64,000 nucleotides of DNA from Mobula hypostoma (lineage: Eukaryota), in contig NC_086102.1 of assembly GCF_963921235.1 (NCBI RefSeq), positions 161,386,001 to 161,450,000 on the forward strand, in the 5' to 3' direction. Of the stretch, positions 61,601 through 64,000 are shown one piece after another. Every line of letters begins with the position of its first letter. Positions within the stretch are counted from its first letter, which is position 1. The notes beneath the pieces were generated by a model. It worked only from the letters and a program-made list of their open reading frames with translations. It searched no databases and was not told where the DNA came from. The translations under genes and the position numbers were made by a program.

Positions 61601-64000
61601 TGACAAATGATAGCAGTTCTAATTGGAACTGTTGATAATAGTCAGCATGTTTTAGGCCAGGTAGATGTGTGTGTGTTTTTCACAATGCTATTCCTTTCTG
61701 ATACAGATCGTAAAATTCCACCAAGTTTTACCAAAAAGCCTCTTGAAACAATTCATGATACAGAAGGAAAATCTGTGAAACTTGAAGCTCGCGTTTCTGG
61801 TTCACAACCATTATCTGTCACCTGGTTAAAAGATGAGCAAGAGATCTTGCAAACGACAAACTATGAGTTCTTATTTAAAAATAATCTCATAACAATGGAC
61901 ATTAAGAAAGCACAGCTTGCTGATTCTGGTGTTTATACATGTGAAGTATCCAATGAGGCAGGCTCTGCAACATTTAATGTGTCTCTGCTAATCAAAGGTT
62001 AGTGATGGATATTCATGGCTATAAGGGTTGGCGAAACTTACACTTGCCGATGTATATTTAGAAACGTAGAAAATGTACAGCACATTACAGGTCCTTTGGT
62101 CCACAATGTTGTGCCGATCATGTAACCGACTCTAGAAACTGCCTAGAATTTCCCTACTGCATAGCCCTTTATTTTTCTAAGCTCTATGTACCTATCTAAG
62201 AGTCTCTTAAAAGACCCTATTGTATCCACCTCCACCACTGTTGCTGGCAGTGCAATCCATGCACCCACCACTCTCTATGTGGAAAAACTTACCTCTGACA
62301 TCCCCCTTATACCTACTTAAAAGCACCGTAAAACTATGTTCCCTCTTGTTCGCCATTTCAGCCCTGGGAAAAAGCCTCTGGCTATCCACACAAGCAATGC
62401 CGCTCATCAACTTATATACCTCTGTCAGGCCACCTCTCATAATCTGTCGCTCCAAGGAGGAAAGGCCAAGTTCACCCAACCTATTCTCTTAAGGCATGCT
62501 CTCCAATCCAGGCAAAATCCTTGTAAATCTCCTCTGCACGCTCTCATTTTGTCATTTTTTAATATTTATTATTACAAAGTCCATTGGACTTCTAAAATCT
62601 GTTGTTGATTTCTCTTATATACATTTTGTTTAAAATACTGCATTTTAATCAATAACTATAAATACAAAGGTGTTCTCATTATTCATTTTTCACAATTTGG
62701 GCATTGCTGGAAAGGTCAACATTTATCGCTTCCCTCTAATAATTACTTGGGATGTGGTGGTGAGTCAAGTTCTTGAGCCATCACAGTCCTTCTGGAAAAG
62801 CTAGTCCTATTGTGCCTTTGGGAGGAGATTCCAGGTTTTAGGCCAAGTCACACTGAAGGAACATCAATTTATTTCAAAATCAGTATGTTCTGTGATCCGG
62901 ACAGAATCCTGGAGGTAATGGTATTCTCATAAATCTCTCTGGTTGTAGAAAAGCTGCTGTCAGAATTGGCTGGGCAAATAACTAGTGCATTTGTTGATGG
63001 CACACACCATACATATGTTGCATATAGTGAGTGGAATGGATATTTACAGTAATTTAGGATGGTAGATGTGGTGCCTATCAAGTCAAGTGCTTTGCTACAG
63101 TGGTGTCAAACGTATAGAGCATTGTTTCAATGTCAGAGATTGAAAAGTGTTGGTGTTCAGAGGGACCTGGATATTTCTGTACACAAATAGCTGTTAACTT
63201 GTTGAGCAGGTAAGTAGGAGTTTAGAATTCCTTTATCTGTTTCTTCAGTTTTATAAGCTTATATTGCAGCCGTGATCATCAAGAATAAAGTATACTATCT
63301 TGCCCTTGTATTAGTACATGAGTCCCTTGTTACTTCTGGAATCACTATGTTTCTGCAAATTGAGTTTCTTTCCTTGATTTTCTGTCTTTATCAAAGCTTG
63401 CCTGTTTTGTTAATTAGAATCCAATTCAAGCGGTAGGAATCCATATCCTAATTGAGTTACAATAGCAATCATTCTGTGTTATTTTGTTGTTGGGCAAGTT
63501 TTATCATCCAGGATAGGTCATTAGATGAAACTTTATCTATGAAAAAGTGCTAAAAGTGTCGGAGCTAAAATGCGGATATTATTGTGTTATTAATGTTTTG
63601 AGCAAGTCTGTATCTAAACATTCTTAAGTGAAAGAGGAAATGTGTTAATTGGAAACAACAAGGACATGAACACAAAGGGGAGAGAATATGTAAAATGATA
63701 ATAGAAATTTTCTGTATTAAATATTAACATTTATTTTGTTGTTTTTTTAGAACTTAAGAAGCCACCTGTCTATGATATTCCACTCAAACCAATGACAGCA
63801 ACTGAAGGAGAGTCTGTGCAGCTAAGTTGTCATGTCCATGGGTCTGAACCAATTAAAGTACAGTGGTTCAAAGATAGGAAAGAAATAAAACCATCTGACA
63901 AATTGAACATGACTTTCGTAAATGGCACAGCTACCCTAGCAATTAAAACAGCTGCAAAGACAGATAGTGGTGACTACTTGTGTAAAGCCACAAATGAGGC
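1..64000 (+). CDS. TTN: Titin (connectin) gene, partial: I-band from the N2B exon to the Ig domain preceding N2A; spliced, 68 intact coding exons in window
   Basis: Serial I-set Ig exons (PPxF...C...W.K...D.G.Y.C...N..G), all phase 1 and 279-291 nt (one 564 nt). Domain order and sequence match recalled human titin I25-I79, e.g. VRFQWF..CGEYTC of I27 and [21 protein letters not shown] of I79. Confidence 0.98.
2448..2726 (+). CDS. TTN: TTN exon, Ig I27-like
   Basis: AG/GTAAGT, 279 nt, open, [11 protein letters not shown]. Confidence 0.95.
2863..3950 (+). mobile_element. Degraded CR1-clade LINE 3' portion (RT C-terminus), approximate bounds
   Basis: aaatttgctgaaggcacaaaaatagatggc = [10 protein letters not shown]-like remnant; similar to the intact copy at 48.6-50.7 kb. 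Confidence 0.75.
3093..3268 (-). mobile_element. Penelope-like terminal-repeat fragment nested in the CR1
   Basis: Flanked by 11-bp TSD AGGGATTGCAA (3082-3092, 3269-3279); contains a degenerate hammerhead (minus strand CTGAAGA...GAAACATC). Confidence 0.75.
4360..4923 (+). CDS. TTN: TTN exon, two Ig (I28-I29-like)
   Basis: AG/GTAAGA, 564 nt, open, [11 protein letters not shown]...DKPYFTRTL. Confidence 0.95.
5215..5398 (-). mobile_element. Degraded V-SINE/HE1-like tRNA-derived SINE
   Basis: ggaggaaactggaacacctggagcaaacccac...atgcaaactc is the reverse complement of the V-domain core. Confidence 0.6.
6098..6520 (-). mobile_element. Degraded CR1-like LINE 3' fragment, approximate
   Basis: Resembles other CR1 3' ends in the window (gagaatataagaaatag..., ctctgggtgaaaaaat). 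Confidence 0.45.
6588..7262. repeat. Unclassified GC-richer interspersed-repeat-like segment, approximate
   Basis: Compositional shift within an AT-rich intron; family not assignable by eye. Confidence 0.3.
7889..8170 (+). CDS. TTN: TTN Ig exon, 6-Ig super-repeat SR1-a
   Basis: 282 nt, open, [11 protein letters not shown]. Confidence 0.93.
8295..8573 (+). CDS. TTN: TTN Ig exon SR1-b
   Basis: 279 nt, open, [11 protein letters not shown]. Confidence 0.93.
8676..8954 (+). CDS. TTN: TTN Ig exon SR1-c
   Basis: 279 nt, open, [11 protein letters not shown]. Confidence 0.93.
9046..9324 (+). CDS. TTN: TTN Ig exon SR1-d
   Basis: 279 nt, open, [11 protein letters not shown]. Confidence 0.93.
9422..9709 (+). 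CDS. TTN: TTN Ig exon SR1-e
   Basis: 288 nt, open, [11 protein letters not shown]. Confidence 0.93.
10375..10653 (+). CDS. TTN: TTN Ig exon SR1-f
   Basis: 279 nt, open, [11 protein letters not shown]. Confidence 0.93.
10835..11116 (+). CDS. TTN: TTN Ig exon SR2-a
   Basis: 282 nt, open, [11 protein letters not shown]. Confidence 0.93.
11238..11516 (+). CDS. TTN: TTN Ig exon SR2-b
   Basis: 279 nt, open, [11 protein letters not shown]. Confidence 0.93.
11637..11915 (+). CDS. TTN: TTN Ig exon SR2-c
   Basis: 279 nt, open, [11 protein letters not shown]. Confidence 0.93.
13333..13611 (+). CDS. TTN: TTN Ig exon SR2-d
   Basis: 279 nt, open, [11 protein letters not shown]. Confidence 0.93.
13714..14001 (+). 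CDS. TTN: TTN Ig exon SR2-e
   Basis: 288 nt, open, [11 protein letters not shown]. Confidence 0.93.
14162..14391 (+). mobile_element. tRNA-derived SINE with CORE-like domain
   Basis: A box TGGCCAAGTGG, B box GTTCGAGCC, then gtgtccttgagcaaggcacttaacc; 10-bp TSD CTCTTATTTT (14152-14161, 14392-14401). Confidence 0.8.
14481..14759 (+). CDS. TTN: TTN Ig exon SR2-f
   Basis: 279 nt, open, [11 protein letters not shown]. Confidence 0.93.
15225..15479 (+). mobile_element. V-SINE (HE1-like) with (AAAT)n tail
   Basis: Head ggggcggcacggtagcatagtggttagc, V-domain-like gagtttgtatgttctcc, tail aataaataaataaat. Confidence 0.8.
16119..16636 (-). mobile_element. Tc1/mariner non-autonomous deletion derivative
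   Basis: TIRs ccactttattaggtgccacctg / caggtgtacctgataaagtgg; minus strand encodes [27 protein letters not shown] (Tc1 transposase N-terminal HTH remnant). Confidence 0.8.
16741..17022 (+). CDS. TTN: TTN Ig exon SR3-a
   Basis: 282 nt, open, [11 protein letters not shown]. Confidence 0.93.
17043..18865 (-). mobile_element. Degraded CR1-clade LINE fragment interrupted by a Harbinger element, approximate
   Basis: 17043-17168 and 17918-18865 align by eye with the CR1 copies at 48.6 and 51.5 kb (ggaataaagtcctagcct, gaccttgtcaaagg). Confidence 0.75.
17172..17914 (+). mobile_element. PIF/Harbinger non-autonomous element
   Basis: TIRs aggctgatttatacttgtgcgt / acgcacaagtataaattggcct; TTA TSD (17169-71, 17915-17); internal [15 protein letters not shown]...[23 protein letters not shown]...[12 protein letters not shown] (Harbinger transposase N-terminus). 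Confidence 0.88.
18959..19237 (+). CDS. TTN: TTN Ig exon SR3-b
   Basis: 279 nt, open, [11 protein letters not shown]. Confidence 0.93.
19384..19662 (+). CDS. TTN: TTN Ig exon SR3-c
   Basis: 279 nt, open, [11 protein letters not shown]. Confidence 0.93.
19770..20048 (+). CDS. TTN: TTN Ig exon SR3-d
   Basis: 279 nt, open, [11 protein letters not shown]. Confidence 0.93.
20524..20811 (+). CDS. TTN: TTN Ig exon SR3-e
   Basis: 288 nt, open, [11 protein letters not shown]. Confidence 0.93.
21249..21328. mobile_element. 80-bp hAT (Charlie-like) MITE
   Basis: TIRs caggggttcccaac / gttgggtatccctg; imperfect 8-bp TSD ttccagac / ttctagat. Confidence 0.7.
21586..21864 (+). CDS. TTN: TTN Ig exon SR3-f
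   Basis: 279 nt, open, [11 protein letters not shown]. Confidence 0.93.
22067..22348 (+). CDS. TTN: TTN Ig exon SR4-a (absent from ORF track)
   Basis: 282 nt, hand-translated open frame [38 protein letters not shown]...[17 protein letters not shown]...VK. Confidence 0.93.
22438..22716 (+). CDS. TTN: TTN Ig exon SR4-b
   Basis: 279 nt, open, [11 protein letters not shown]. Confidence 0.93.
22878..23156 (+). CDS. TTN: TTN Ig exon SR4-c
   Basis: 279 nt, open, [11 protein letters not shown]. Confidence 0.93.
23277..23555 (+). CDS. TTN: TTN Ig exon SR4-d (core Trp replaced by Cys)
   Basis: 279 nt, open, [11 protein letters not shown]...LTVKCFKDG. Confidence 0.92.
24085..24910 (+). mobile_element. 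Degraded CR1-clade LINE fragments, approximate
   Basis: gatgttgtctgcatggatttcagaaaggtgtttgac = YMDFSKAFD-like remnant; 3' end ggatatggacattgtgtagg. Confidence 0.75.
25195..25359. mobile_element. Penelope-like fold-back insertion (imperfect ~62-bp inverted repeat)
   Basis: ccaaagcgacacacacaaaatgctgg...aagag / ctctt...ccagcattttgtgtctgttgctttgg; same family as the 3.1, 40.2, 47.1 and 56.7 kb copies. Confidence 0.75.
25771..26058 (+). CDS. TTN: TTN Ig exon SR4-e
   Basis: 288 nt, open, [11 protein letters not shown]. Confidence 0.93.
26304..26582 (+). CDS. TTN: TTN Ig exon SR4-f
   Basis: 279 nt, open, [11 protein letters not shown]. Confidence 0.93.
26834..27115 (+). CDS. TTN: TTN Ig exon SR5-a
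   Basis: 282 nt, open, [11 protein letters not shown]. Confidence 0.93.
27460..28700 (-). mobile_element. Degraded CR1-clade LINE fragments, approximate
   Basis: Minus-strand ORFs 27534-27797 and 27801-28034 resemble CR1 ORF2 C-terminus ([15 protein letters not shown]). Confidence 0.8.
28888..29166 (+). CDS. TTN: TTN Ig exon SR5-b
   Basis: 279 nt, open, [11 protein letters not shown]. Confidence 0.93.
29312..29590 (+). CDS. TTN: TTN Ig exon SR5-c
   Basis: 279 nt, open, [11 protein letters not shown]. Confidence 0.93.
29728..30020 (-). mobile_element. CR1-clade LINE 3' end, approximate
   Basis: aagaccataggatataggagc... and gaattccacagattcacca match CR1 3' ends elsewhere in the window. Confidence 0.65.
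30416..30694 (+). CDS. TTN: TTN Ig exon SR5-d
   Basis: 279 nt, open, [11 protein letters not shown]. Confidence 0.93.
30818..31105 (+). CDS. TTN: TTN Ig exon SR5-e
   Basis: 288 nt, open, [11 protein letters not shown]. Confidence 0.93.
31262..31610. mobile_element. hAT-type MITE with ~115-bp TIRs enclosing a Tc1-derived fragment
   Basis: CAG...CTG termini; perfect 8-bp TSD GATAAATT (31254-61, 31611-18); long TIRs; core resembles 16360-16445. Confidence 0.82.
31701..31979 (+). CDS. TTN: TTN Ig exon SR5-f
   Basis: 279 nt, open, [11 protein letters not shown]. Confidence 0.93.
32503..32784 (+). CDS. TTN: TTN Ig exon SR6-a
   Basis: 282 nt, open, [11 protein letters not shown]. Confidence 0.93.
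32905..33183 (+). CDS. TTN: TTN Ig exon SR6-b
   Basis: 279 nt, open, [11 protein letters not shown]. Confidence 0.93.
33375..33653 (+). CDS. TTN: TTN Ig exon SR6-c (absent from ORF track)
   Basis: 279 nt, hand-translated open frame [28 protein letters not shown]...FATLLVA. Confidence 0.93.
33789..34067 (+). CDS. TTN: TTN Ig exon SR6-d (core Trp replaced by Cys)
   Basis: 279 nt, open, [11 protein letters not shown]...LTVKCFKDG. Confidence 0.92.
34397..34684 (+). CDS. TTN: TTN Ig exon SR6-e
   Basis: 288 nt, open, [11 protein letters not shown]. Confidence 0.93.
34920..35198 (+). CDS. TTN: TTN Ig exon SR6-f
   Basis: 279 nt, open, [11 protein letters not shown]. Confidence 0.93.
35428..35709 (+). 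CDS. TTN: TTN Ig exon SR7-a
   Basis: 282 nt, open, [11 protein letters not shown]. Confidence 0.93.
36492..36770 (+). CDS. TTN: TTN Ig exon SR7-b
   Basis: 279 nt, open, [11 protein letters not shown]. Confidence 0.93.
36901..37179 (+). CDS. TTN: TTN Ig exon SR7-c
   Basis: 279 nt, open, [11 protein letters not shown]. Confidence 0.93.
37360..37870 (-). mobile_element. Degraded CR1-clade LINE fragment, approximate
   Basis: Minus-strand ORF 37591-37836 [17 protein letters not shown] matches CR1 ORF2. Confidence 0.8.
38282..38560 (+). CDS. TTN: TTN Ig exon SR7-d
   Basis: 279 nt, open, [11 protein letters not shown]. Confidence 0.93.
38685..38972 (+). CDS. TTN: TTN Ig exon SR7-e
   Basis: 288 nt, open, [11 protein letters not shown]. 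Confidence 0.93.
39225..39503 (+). CDS. TTN: TTN Ig exon SR7-f
   Basis: 279 nt, open, [11 protein letters not shown]. Confidence 0.93.
39586..40312 (+). mobile_element. Penelope-like element 3' fragment (GIY-YIG endonuclease remnant + terminal repeat with decayed hammerhead)
   Basis: 39694-39792 [33 protein letters not shown]; 40214-40249 agtcCTGAAGA...aaaacatcaact; 13-bp TSD TTTAGAAACATTA (39573-85, 40313-25). Confidence 0.85.
40764..41045 (+). CDS. TTN: TTN Ig exon SR8-a
   Basis: 282 nt, open, [11 protein letters not shown]. Confidence 0.93.
41162..41440 (+). CDS. TTN: TTN Ig exon SR8-b
   Basis: 279 nt, open, [11 protein letters not shown]. Confidence 0.93.
41666..41944 (+). CDS. TTN: TTN Ig exon SR8-c
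   Basis: 279 nt, open, [11 protein letters not shown]. Confidence 0.93.
42091..42369 (+). CDS. TTN: TTN Ig exon SR8-d
   Basis: 279 nt, open, [11 protein letters not shown]. Confidence 0.93.
42486..42773 (+). CDS. TTN: TTN Ig exon SR8-e
   Basis: 288 nt, open, [11 protein letters not shown]. Confidence 0.93.
42962..43240 (+). CDS. TTN: TTN Ig exon SR8-f
   Basis: 279 nt, open, [11 protein letters not shown]...[17 protein letters not shown] (resembles last human 6-Ig f domain). Confidence 0.93.
43684..43965 (+). CDS. TTN: TTN Ig exon, 10-Ig super-repeat a
   Basis: 282 nt, open, [11 protein letters not shown]. Confidence 0.93.
44058..44336 (+). CDS. TTN: TTN Ig exon, 10-Ig b
   Basis: 279 nt, open, [11 protein letters not shown]. 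Confidence 0.93.
44443..44721 (+). CDS. TTN: TTN Ig exon, 10-Ig c
   Basis: 279 nt, open, [11 protein letters not shown]. Confidence 0.93.
44839..45117 (+). CDS. TTN: TTN Ig exon, 10-Ig d
   Basis: 279 nt, open, [11 protein letters not shown]. Confidence 0.93.
45205..45492 (+). CDS. TTN: TTN Ig exon, 10-Ig e
   Basis: 288 nt, open, [11 protein letters not shown]. Confidence 0.93.
45770..46954. mobile_element. Solo LTR of an LTR retrotransposon/ERV (1185 bp)
   Basis: TGTCA...TGACA termini; 5-bp TSD CTTTC (45765-69, 46955-59); no internal coding sequence. Confidence 0.85.
46350..46665. repeat. ~60-bp minisatellite, about 5 copies, inside the solo LTR
   Basis: Recurrent cagggcaa(c/t)(a/g)gcagaa..gcctgacttaccc...gaggcaagga unit. 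Confidence 0.8.
47191..47226 (-). ncRNA. Identical minimal hammerhead ribozyme on the minus strand
   Basis: Exact reverse complement of 47277-47312. Confidence 0.72.
47277..47312 (+). ncRNA. Minimal type I hammerhead ribozyme (Penelope-associated), sense to titin pre-mRNA
   Basis: AGTC-CTGACGA-AGG(GTCTCGG)CCT-GAAA-CGTC-GACT: stem I AGTC/GACT, intact core, palindromic ACGT stem III; predicted cleavage after C47308. Confidence 0.75.
47927..48205 (+). CDS. TTN: TTN Ig exon, 10-Ig f
   Basis: 279 nt, open, [11 protein letters not shown]. Confidence 0.93.
48309..48587 (+). CDS. TTN: TTN Ig exon, 10-Ig g
   Basis: 279 nt, open, [11 protein letters not shown]. Confidence 0.93.
48617..50670 (-). mobile_element. 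5'-truncated young CR1-clade LINE
   Basis: Contains the uninterrupted ORF2 segment; 3' tail read as ...tttctatggtttcta. Confidence 0.92.
48689..50644 (-). CDS. CR1 ORF2 reverse transcriptase (651 aa, lacking N-terminal endonuclease)
   Basis: [49 protein letters not shown] motifs with no stop or frameshift. Confidence 0.9.
   Translation of the reverse strand: MNRNKEPWFSRDIATLMKKNRELYDMYRKQGVNKVLEEYEKRKKILKKEIRRAKRGHEVALAVKVKDNPKSFCNYTKSKRIVRDKIGPLEDQSGRLCAEPKEMGEILNGFFASIFTKETGMKSMELRETSSEIMETVQIEKEEVLAILRQIKVDKSPGPDRVFPQTLKETSVEIAGALADIFKMSVSTGEVPEDWRLAHVVPLFKKGLKSNPGNYRPVSLTSVVGKLLEGVLRDRIYKHLDTQGLIRESQHGFVRGRSCLTNLLEFFEEVTRKVDEGKAVDVVYMDFSKAFDKVPHRRLVREIQSLGIHGEVVNWIRHWLNGRSQRVVVENCFLEWRPVTSGVPQGSVLGPLLFVIYINDLDDNVVNWISKFADDTKIGGVVDSEEGFQSLQRDLDQLEKWAEKWQMEFNTDKCEVLLFGRTNQGRTYRVNGKALRSAVEQRELGIQIQNSLKVVSQVDRVVKRAFGTLAFINQSTEYKSWNVMMRLYKALVRPNLEYCVQFWSPNYRKDINKVESVQRRFTRMLPGLEKLSYRERLNRLGLYSLERRRTRGDLIEVYKIMMGIDRVNASRLFPLRQGEKKTRGHGLRVRGEKFKGNIRGGFFTQRVEGLWNELPVEVVNAGSFLTFQNKLDRYMDGRCMEGYGPCAGQWD
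50771..51049 (+). CDS. TTN: TTN Ig exon, 10-Ig h (absent from ORF track)
   Basis: 279 nt, hand-translated [44 protein letters not shown]...LTVQ. Confidence 0.93.
51184..51471 (+). CDS. TTN: TTN Ig exon, 10-Ig i (triplet 1, i)
   Basis: 288 nt, open, [11 protein letters not shown]. Confidence 0.93.
51530..54519 (-). mobile_element. ~3-kb CR1-clade LINE, ORF2 frameshifted, endonuclease domain present
   Basis: 53826-54476 [32 protein letters not shown] (APE endonuclease); RT pieces at 52606-53244 and 51589-52362; (TTCTATG)n-like tail at 51530. Confidence 0.92.
54616..54903 (+). CDS. TTN: TTN Ig exon, 10-Ig j (triplet 1, j)
   Basis: 288 nt, open, [11 protein letters not shown]. Confidence 0.93.
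55569..55859 (+). CDS. TTN: TTN Ig exon, I78-like k (triplet 1, k)
   Basis: 291 nt, open, [16 protein letters not shown]. Confidence 0.93.
56647..56853. mobile_element. Penelope-like fold-back insertion (~76-bp imperfect inverted repeat)
   Basis: acaacacgctggag...gaaccctt / aaggttctggccc...ctccagcgtgttgt; 12-bp TSD TTGTGTTCCAAA (56635-46, 56854-65). Confidence 0.82.
57171..57458 (+). CDS. TTN: TTN Ig exon, triplet 2, i
   Basis: 288 nt, open, [11 protein letters not shown]. Confidence 0.93.
57598..57885 (+). CDS. TTN: TTN Ig exon, triplet 2, j
   Basis: 288 nt, open, [11 protein letters not shown]. Confidence 0.93.
58929..59219 (+). CDS. TTN: TTN Ig exon, triplet 2, k
   Basis: 291 nt, open, [11 protein letters not shown]. 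Confidence 0.93.
60068..60355 (+). CDS. TTN: TTN Ig exon, triplet 3, i
   Basis: 288 nt, open, [11 protein letters not shown]. Confidence 0.93.
60522..60809 (+). CDS. TTN: TTN Ig exon, triplet 3, j
   Basis: 288 nt, open, [11 protein letters not shown]. Confidence 0.93.
61707..61997 (+). CDS. TTN: TTN Ig exon, triplet 3, k
   Basis: 291 nt, open, [11 protein letters not shown]. Confidence 0.93.
62060..62545 (-). mobile_element. CR1-clade LINE 3' end
   Basis: Minus-strand ORF 62207-62479 [30 protein letters not shown]; similar to 51530-52000. Confidence 0.85.
63751..64000 (+). CDS. TTN: TTN Ig exon, I79-like (truncated by window end; absent from ORF track)
   Basis: [42 protein letters not shown]...[12 protein letters not shown], open to window end. 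Confidence 0.92.

Larger units (their letters stand above)
56470..63130. repeat. Three decayed copies of one old repeat (about 56470-56634, 59655-59830, 62750-62930), one after each k-type exon
   Basis: Shared ggtggt..(g/a)agccaccttcttga...ggga..tcca.ga motif. Confidence 0.5.

Noticed and set aside
9324-61999. G|GTTAG donors giving an immediate Gly-stop on intron retention, as possible Novex-like terminal exons
   Set aside because: A by-product of phase-1 GTTAG donors; no convincing downstream polyadenylation signals or extended unique coding tails were identified.
2384-62002. Dozens of 60-160 aa + strand ORFs in the ORF track as separate genes
   Set aside because: They are single titin Ig exons extended into flanking intron sequence. 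Their start codons are arbitrary, and each is bounded internally by AG/GT at phase 1.
327-63081. Short minus-strand ORFs overlapping Ig exons or the N2B remnant (e.g. 327-707, 9023-9304, 13268-13600, 23209-23508, 33721-34020)
   Set aside because: Antisense shadows of coding sequence; no recognisable domain, and the recurrence simply mirrors the exon duplications.

Overview
Eukaryotic genomic DNA: part of the + strand of a vertebrate titin/connectin (TTN) gene, I-band region. The host is probably a cartilaginous fish, likely a ray or shark; this is inferred from the V-SINE/HE1-like, CR1 and Penelope repeat content. The window opens inside the homologue of the cardiac N2B exon (I25, N2B unique sequence, I26), which is broken by in-frame stops, frameshifts and loss of core Ig residues. 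It is followed by 68 intact phase-1 exons encoding 69 Ig domains, the last cut by the window end. Their order is I27, I28-I29, eight 6-Ig super-repeats, one 10-Ig super-repeat, an I78-like domain, two further copies of a 3-Ig (i-j-k) unit, and the I79-like domain that precedes N2A. Introns carry CR1 LINEs (one with an uninterrupted 651-aa RT ORF), tRNA-derived SINEs, Tc1, Harbinger and hAT derivatives, a solo LTR, and Penelope-like insertions. Three of the Penelope-like insertions are fold-back palindromes, and one carries an intact minimal hammerhead ribozyme on each strand. Exon boundaries were read by hand from AG/GT sites. Human titin domain numbering and comparisons are from recall of the human sequence, not from a database search. 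TE boundaries without a stated TSD are approximate.
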